Part shown: positions 58,380 to 64,000 of the stretch, in pieces
Position numbering within the stretch: the stretch's first letter is position 1
Layout of the letters: each line of letters begins with the position of its first letter
Translations under genes and position numbers: made by a program
The notes under the pieces: model-generated
What the model saw: only the letters and a program-made list of their open reading frames with translations
Databases searched by the model: none
Told to the model about the DNA's origin: nothing
DNA from: the human T2T-CHM13v2.0 reference genome, Homo sapiens
Direction: 5' to 3' (one strand)
Assembly: GCF_009914755.1 (NCBI RefSeq)
Contig: NC_060946.1
DNA: 64,000 nucleotides

Positions 58380-59180
58380 CCACTCTTTACAATCTTCCCA
58401 GAATTCTAGACATACAGACTGCTGGGAAGAGTGCCCCCCACTGAGCACCTACTGTTTGCCAGGTACTCCCAATACACTGGGATACAGCAATGCAAATAAT
58501 AGACAATGGCCCCGATCCCATGAAGCTTAAATTCATCTAAAGGGAGTCAGCATATAAAGTGTAAAATCATAAAGAAATAAATTATATATATATATAAGGT
58601 AGAATGTGAAAAACGCCTCCAGCAAAAGCATGGAGTAGGGTGTCCTATGAACACATTCAGAGAGATCATTAAGATGGGAAGTTCTAGGTTGTCTTTGGGA
58701 GTCAGGGAGGGAGCCCAAGAGGGGTCTGGAGAAAAGCATCACTGCTGAGGGACCAGTGAGTAGAGCTCCAAGCGTGGGACTGTGTGAGCCTTGTTTAGGG
58801 CAGAACCAGGAAACCAGAGAGTCAAGTCTGGAGTCCAGTGAGTCAGAGGACAGAACCATGAAAGCGGTTGCATAAGTAACAGGGAGGGTTCAAGGAAGAT
58901 GGGGCCAGGTAGGAATTGGCCTTTTACTCTGTGTGATGTGGAAACTTTTGTGAGATTTTGACCCTGGAGGAGCACTATTCATCTATTTAAAAGATCACCC
59001 TGGCTACTGAATTGGGAGTAGACTGCTGGTGGGTGAGGGGAGAAGCTGGGTGATCTGAGGAGAGCCTGGCCATGGTCTAAGATGAAGATGATGTTGGTTT
59101 CACTAGTGTGGAGCAGTGGGGGTGAAGGTGGGGAAATGGTGAGATTTGGGAAACATTTGAGTTCTGAGATTATTGGCTCC
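58380..59180 (-). mobile_element. L2 fragment
   Basis: ctgagcacctactgtttgccaggtactc..., aaagatcaccctggctact motifs. Confidence 0.7.
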
Positions 59181-60319
59181 CCCTCTGCTGGTTGCAAGGT
59201 GTTTTGTGGGATGTGTTGAGCATGCAATTCCTCTAACTTCTCTTGTTTGTTTTTTTTCATGGAGAATTTTTTCTCTGCCTTCTGGTGCTCAGGAAGAAGA
59301 CTTCTCATTTCCTCTTAGGCTTCTTGTGAGTAACCAAGATTTTGTTCTAGCTCACATTTCCTTTCCCTGCTTGTTCACATCTCCTGAAAGAAGATACCCA
59401 CGTGCTCTCCACTACGAGGAGTCTCAACCTGCTATCCAAAGGCCTCAGTCTAATGTTTTCTTTTTTGCCTTCATATTATTTTCTTGTTTCCTTGTCATTA
59501 TCTTAGGAGTCACATAAAGTAACATTTTTCTGTGATTCTTAGCTATTGAAAATGCCATTTTAATCACACTACTTCCCTCCCTTAATATCTATTAATGAAC
59601 TTCTCGAAGGTGTTAAGAGACAAAACCATGTGCTCAAATTGTTGCACAGGGACCACTCCACTCTCTAGCAGCACTTCTGGGGCCTCTCACAGAGTGTCCC
59701 ATCCAGGTAGCCCTGCAGAATCCCCGTCTTGTCACACTCCTCACTGACTTCTGTGAGTCAGATTTTCTGAGTAGAATCCTGGCTTACAATTTGGATGTAA
59801 TGCGCCCCTTGGAGGCATTTCATGACCTCTCCCTGCCTCAGTATTGTCAGCTGAAGATGAGAATAAAACATACTTGTCATAAAAAGAGTTAGTTCAGTTC
59901 ATGACACATAAAAACCATTCAGCTGACGGCAGCTGCATGAGAAAGCCCAGGCCAGGCAGCAGAAAAACCTCCCAACCAACCCATAGAATCACAACAAATA
60001 ATAAATTGTTGTTTCACTCCTTTAAGTTTTGGAGTGCTCTTATATGCTGCAAGAAAATGGAAAAATTAATATATCAATCCAGGTAAAGCACCTGTCTAGG
60101 AAACACCTTAGCTTCACAACCCTTTGCCTCTCCCTCTTTGTAGATCGGGTGTAAACTTGAAGTAATAACTCTTCAATCTTCCCCTGTATCAACAGGCCAG
60201 AAATCACAGACTCTGAGAACAAAGACAACTATAATATGAACGCTTCACACTCTCAGATTATGGCTTCTGCAGGAAGCAAGTGTCTTTGCATCAGGGCAGA
60301 ATCTTCCATCCAGAAAGGG

Positions 60320-60643
60320 TATTTTTGGTTGGGGACTTTTCACTGTAAGAAGCCAACTGAAGGGCTGCTGGCAGGAAAACACTCCAGCATCTTCAGCTTT
60401 CACTCCATGGATGGAGAGGGAGAAGCAAAAACCAGAAACTTCCCTGGAAACTGGAAGCGGTTCCAGCAGCCTGGGAAGAAGCCCCAAAGAGCAGCAGCCT
60501 GGAAGCCTCCTGGGATCTCTGCTTGTCCTAGGTGATGGAGGTGCCTACATCTGTGCTGTTTCTACAGGTGATAGAGACAAAGTCACCTCCAGATGCTGCT
60601 AAGGTCTCCGGAGATGGAGTTGAGATAGTCTGTCCCCTGCATC
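60320..60643 (-). pseudogene. Highly diverged Ig light-chain V relic with degenerate 12-RSS
   Basis: Acceptor ccttgcag|GATGCAGGGGA (11-nt leader part 2), then QTISTPSPETLAASGGDFVSITCRNSTDVGTSIT*DKQRSQEASRLLLFGASSQAAG..(frameshift)..FSLSIHGVKAEDAGVFSCQQPFSWL. RSS-like TACAGTG-12-CCAAAAATA at 60347-60320. Confidence 0.75.
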
Positions 60644-61759
60644 CTGCAAGGACACCCTATTCAGGAGCACAATGCATTACTTCTCTCAAAGGATTTCTAG
60701 AAACCTGTCCTGTTCCTTAGAAGACCCTGTCATGCTTAAACATGACAGAAATTAGTACTCCTGGGCCCTCACATCTTTGCATTTGATCAGAATCAAGATA
60801 GAATTGGCTGGGGAGGGGTTCTCAGGACAAGGGCACCTATGAAAGGGGATACAAGCATGGTAGAGCCCACCCTGAGGGGCTAATGGTCAGGTCCATTCTT
60901 CACAGCCTGACCAGAACCACAGTGAGCTCTGAAGAGAGGTGGACATGGGGTGTGAGCAGGGACAGAGGATCCATGGTCCTCAGGGAGGCTGGGAACAGGT
61001 TCAGGGCTGTATGCACCTCTGCCTCCTGGTTAGCCCTGGACTCTGTGCCTCAGTTTCCTAATGAGAGTTAAGGCAAATCACTTCTATATGTTACACTATA
61101 ATTTCCAAAGCACATTTGAGCTCATTATCCCCATGTCAAGGGCTAAAGCCCCTGCATGGTCTGCAGTGGGAAATGCACTCACCCTGAAAGCCCATCACCA
61201 AGAGGCAGAGGAGCAGGGCCAGGAAGAGCATCTTGGAGTGTCCAGGGAACCTGCTGCTTCTAGACCTAAGGGCAAGGGGAGTGTGGATGGGCAGGTCATT
61301 CCTGTCATGGCTCTGTATAAACAGGTTGCACATCCCAAGATTTAAATAAGCACAGATTTCCTTGGAGTCAAGGCCTGATGACCTTAAGCAGAGCCCCTCT
61401 CCAGGAGTCTCCCAGGGCAGGCAGGCTCACTCCACCTGTGGCTGCCAGGAAGTGGTGGGGGTGACGTAGATGCCTCGGGTCCCATGGTGGCTGAGGCTGG
61501 ACTGAGCAGGGCCAGTGATGCTGCCCCATTCCCAGGGTTCCACTCCAGAGGCTGGGACAGGGGTCACCCCAGAGCCAGCCAGATGTCTGCAGAGAGGCCT
61601 CTGGATGTTCTATTTTTATGCCACTAAATGTTTGGCAATTTGTTACAGCAGCCCTAGAAAAATAACACAAAAAGTGCTCAGGGAAAATCCAGACTAAAGA
61701 TGCAATGGCCATTTCCGATCTTCTTGTTTAACTATCAACTCTATACATAAATGGATTGG

Positions 61760-62140
61760 TGGGGAATTTTATGGTAGAAAAACTTGGCAAATGTGATGAA
61801 GGATCTTGAGAACTGAATACTATCTTGGAGTATTTTTGGACCCCATGTAATCATAATTGTCTGCATAAGAGGGAGGAAGGAGGGTCAGATTTGGAGAGGA
61901 GATGTGACTATGAAGAAGCTGAGTGATGTGAGGGAAAGGCCATGGCCAAGGAAAGACAGCAGCCTCTAGAAGATGGAAAAGGCAAGAAAACAAACTCTTT
62001 CCCACAGGGAAGCTTGATTTTAGCCCAAAGACACCTGTGTGAGATTTCTCTCTTCCAGAATTGTGAAAGAATGATTCTATGCTATTTGAAGCCAGTAATG
62101 ACATAGTGATTTGTTACAGCTGCTATAGGAAACTCACACA
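61760..62140 (+). mobile_element. MLT1 LTR
   Basis: cttggcaaatgtgat...gatttgttacagctgctataggaaactcacaca. Confidence 0.8.
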
Positions 62141-63639
62141 AGGTGAAAGAATGGCATTTGCCTCTCTGAGAAGATGTTTCTCTCTGATCTCTCAGCCTTT
62201 TCCAACTTGTTAGCCTTTGGTTTCAATTTGGACAAGAGACAGAGCACAGTTTACTATAAGGAGAGCTAGCACCAGAATTCCACGTAGGGAGAAAATCTCC
62301 TGGGTAAACCCCTAGATTGAGTTTTGTACACTGCAGGTGTCTGAGAGCCTAGGGGTCAGATCTCATTACTCCTGAGGAGGGTGGGATTTCCTAGTAGGAG
62401 GACAAATTAGATTTGCAGGACACAATCTAATTAGGAAGAAAGAGGGAAGGCTGGAGTCAGAGATGGAAACTAATGGAAGAGAGGAGGAAGGCTCAGGGCA
62501 AGGAAAGATGTGACCCTTCCCCCAAGTCTGAAATAAAGCTGTTCAGAGATTTAAAGTCTTTGAGAAAGTTGCATTTTTGTAGAAGAAACTGCAGAAGGGG
62601 CTGATTTTAAGTTCCTTTTGCCATATAAGGCTAATTTTATGGTTCCAGAGGGTAGAAGGTGAACATCTTTTCATGGGGGGATAGTAATTTACTCAGACTA
62701 CCAAACCCCCTAATTGTCTGCCAGCTGCCTTCCTTAAAGAAGAATCCAAAGCCTCACGGCTGGGAGAAGGGAGAACAGGGAGCAGCCAGCAGCTTTATAA
62801 AGCAAGAGAGCTGAAGGGATCTGAGTCAGGGCCCTCTGGTCTGGGTGTTTCCTGGGCTGGAAGATTCTTCTCCTGCTGCTCTAATGTGGACCTCATAGTG
62901 TGGAGCTATTTGTTAGGGGCTCCTCTGATGTTGTGACCCAGAAGAAAGGAATTGCTATTTAATCAGAATCTATGAGAGACTGATAAAACAAATTAAATGT
63001 TTTAGACATTTTCTAAATTTCTCTATCCATTATAAGAGGAGAAGTATCAACAATTTGATGACACCTCCACTAATGAGGATTTGCCTATAGTCTTAGGTTG
63101 GGTTTCTAACGACAAGGATTCCCATGTGAGCACCATAATTACAAGCTGCAGGAAACCCTGAGACTGAAGGCAGAAAGTGAGGCAGGGAAGAGATGATGGA
63201 CAGTGAAAGGCCTGTCGGCCAGCAGCTACCCATGAGGACCACAAGAGCTGAAGCCCACATGGAAACATAAGAGAATGCCTCTGGGCTATTCCACCTGAGA
63301 GGTGAGGGAGTTGGGGTATTTATACACGTCACCTGTTCTCACTGATTGAGGGCTGTTCTAGGTGATGCCCATTTCAGGCCCTGAGATCTGCCACATGTGC
63401 AAGCAGAGCTGCTTCCCCAGCTTCAGAGACAGCAGGGAGGCACAGACATGGCCATGAGGGGTCAGCAGAAGTACAGTGAATGAAAAAGGCTGCGGGAAAA
63501 GTCAAAGAGGGCAACGTCCATAAAGAAAAGGTGTGGTTGTTAAATCTGGATCATCTGCATGTGCTAGTTCCCTCTGGAATAAGATGCTGGCTGTTCACTT
63601 GTAAGCAAATGCTACAGAATTCAGGCAGGCCCTCCAAGC

Positions 63640-64000
63640 AGAGCATCAGCAGCCCTGAACCTGGGCTTCCCAGAAATGTCTGAAGACCACACGATTGGCA
63701 ATTACACCTTCTGTGGAAGATGCACTCTGGATTCTTGAGGAGATCCAAATAATCTTTCTCTTGTAGTATTTGCATCTTTGACTACTATGCCCCCAAGCCT
63801 TTTAAAAGCTGTTGTTTAGACTCTCATTCCCTATATTTAGAAAAATAATCCTACTTGGAATTTCAAGAGTGGCTTATTCTTTGAGATATTAATTACAACT
63901 GACACCATAACTCAGACTCCTCAGGTGTAATAATCTCTTCTTAATGAAATCAGGAGAGACATTGCCATGTCTGTGCTACTGGGGATGAGGAGAAGGAAAG
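63640..64000. other. Paralogue of the IGKV1 3' flank (34360-34720), predicting another IGKV1 just beyond the window end
   Basis: Shared collinear blocks gagcatcagca..cctgggcttcccaga, ccataac(a/t)cagactcctcag and ctggggatgagg. Confidence 0.8.

Overview
This is repeat-rich human genomic DNA: it carries an AluYb8 element, and that subfamily is human-specific. It looks like a pericentromeric segmental-duplication mosaic with no intact protein-coding gene. The left half (1-29 kb) is Alu/L1/L2/LTR-rich and holds two stranded, unprocessed gene fragments: a TRIM43-like RING/B-box exon (7200-7603, -) and one fully intact 102-nt NAALAD2-type exon (28125-28226, +) that is too short for the ORF track. 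A deleted HERV-L provirus (29374-33920, -) with a nested, inverted solo MLT2A LTR sits at the transition. The right half is an array of co-oriented (-) germline immunoglobulin kappa V pseudogenes with no J or C segments: IGKV1, IGKV2, IGKV2, IGKV3, then a highly diverged V relic near 60.5 kb. The window ends in the 3' flank of a further IGKV1. The V1-V2-V2-V3-V1 order matches my recollection of the 22q11.1 orphon cluster (IGKV1OR22-5, 2OR22-4, 2OR22-3, 3OR22-2, 1OR22-1); I have not verified this by alignment. I found no convincing new biological system. The best leads are the possibly unnamed V relic, an IGKV2 orphon one substitution from functional, the intact NAALAD2 exon, duplication junctions, and several template-switch or inversion scars. 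Repeat subfamily names come from remembered consensus motifs and their boundaries are approximate.
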